Assembly: GCA_036172245.1 (NCBI GenBank)
Contig: JAYWIR010000024.1
Location: forward strand, 1,178,001-1,242,000
Length of the DNA stretch: 64,000 nt
Direction of reading: 5' to 3'
Source: Raillietiella orientalis
Lineage: Eukaryota
This document shows, in pieces, positions 62,746 through 64,000 of this stretch. How positions within the stretch are numbered: position 1 is the stretch's first letter; each line of letters opens with the position of its first letter. A program made the position numbers and the translations under genes. The notes beneath the pieces were generated by a model. It was not told where the DNA came from. It did no database searches and saw only the letters and a program-made list of their open reading frames with translations.

Positions 62746-64000
62746 GGTTCTTTCATGGAAGGGGGGGGGGGCAGGGAAGGACTATCTCCCCATCCCCTAT
62801 TCCTTCTCCTTCCCTCCCCGGCTTCTCCGGGGTGGACTGCGCAGGGGAGCGAGGGAGACGCGCGTCGCTGGGGCAGGTCGACGTCCTGCGACGGAGGCGA
62901 CGACCGACGGCACCGCCGCGCGCGCGCGCGCAAGGCGAGGAGGCAGCGACACGTCCCTCTCGCCCCCCCCCCTTTCTCTTCCCCTCCCCTCTCTTCCCCC
63001 TCCTCCCCTTCGCAGCGCTGCCAGCCAGCAGCTGCGAGGCAGAGGAACCGGCCGCCGCCACTCCCTCACTGCCTTCCCCCCGCGGAGACGTCCTCGTCGA
63101 TGGTGGCGGAGAATCCACCCCGGGAGGAAAGGGGGGGACGCAAGCGCGCTTGCATCTTGGAAACGGGGGCCGAGGGGTCCTCTCCCCGGACGACGCCGTC
63201 TCCGCCGCTGCCCAGGCACCCCTGCCATCGGGGGAAGAGGAGCGTGGAGGGAAGGAGTTTCCTCCCTCCCTCCCCTCCGAGCGGGAAGCACCTGTGCCTC
63301 TCTGCACGACCGCTCCTCTCCGTCACCTGGCAACCCCCAGGGGAAGGCGAGTGGCGCTGCTGTCAAACGAGGACGACCGCTTTCCCATTTTCCTTTCCCG
63401 CTTTTTTTTTTTTTTTCGCATTCCCGTCCGCGACCTCCACGTTGCCCCTCTCGTTCCCATGAAGGAAGGAGAAGAGAAGAAGGGCCGTTCCTCAAGACGG
63501 TCGACTGGCTGAGCTTCGTTTCCCGGAAAAGGAGGGAGTGTAGGGAGCCGCGGTGAACGGGGCCAGCAGAAGGAGAGACTCTTTGAAAACACCGAGCTGC
63601 CCCCATGCCCATTCTTTCCTCTTCTTCCTCTTCCTCTCCCTTCCCCCTCCTCTTCCTGCCTTTCTCTTCTTCCTCTTCCCTTTCTCCTCCTCTTCCTCTT
63701 CCTCCCACCATGTGCTGGGGCGAACTCCGTAGATCCCGGCCTCCCCAGCTGGAAGCATTGTTGGTGAGCTCTTGGTGCCCGCTTCGCCCACTATTTCAAG
63801 GTCGCCCGACTGCCGCTAGGACAGTGGAATTCTTTTCTGCTCAATCCCGTCTTCTTTAGTGGTCCAGGTGAGGGAGCGAGGGCGCGCGGGCTGCAGGCTG
63901 ACGAGGAGGCAGGCCGGCGATGGAAGGGCCTCCTCCTAGGTGGCTCGGAGTGCTTCTGGGTGTGTGTTAAAGGGGGGGACTGGTGACATTCGCCATCCCC

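Noticed and set aside
77..63859. Long ORFs in the supplied track (e.g. 28939..29892, 59456..60454, 60578..61483, 62797..63711) as genes
   Set aside because: They are low-complexity, R/P/G/S-rich translations of GC-rich or purine/pyrimidine tracts, overlap in several frames and show no recognisable domains.

Overview
This window looks like eukaryotic (probably invertebrate animal) non-genic DNA, not prokaryotic or viral DNA. It has long homopolymer runs, microsatellites, purine and pyrimidine tracts and CpG-rich stretches. I could not recognise any intact protein-coding gene, rRNA, true tRNA gene or CRISPR array. Most interpretable sequence consists of decayed non-LTR retrotransposons. The dominant family is L1/Tx1-like: ORF1 (RRM-like plus zinc knuckle) remnants, one decayed EN-RT stretch, and five recognisable ORF2 C-terminal CCHC (zf-RVT) ends. 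There are also weaker R1/LOA-like fragments, two copies of a tRNA-derived SINE and possible Harbinger remnants. Most notable: (1) four L1/Tx1-like 3' ends share a polyadenylation hexamer followed by an exactly 20-nt conserved stem-loop with no poly(A) tail, and two of them have candidate target-site duplications; (2) two ~1.9 kb copies join ORF1 to the ORF2 C-terminus with no recognisable EN/RT; (3) an apparently perfect 882-bp inverted duplication has a fold-back junction signature; (4) a degenerate hammerhead-ribozyme-like fold. Protein-family calls are by-eye motif matches in frameshifted sequence and need HMM confirmation. Boundaries are approximate unless defined by repeats.
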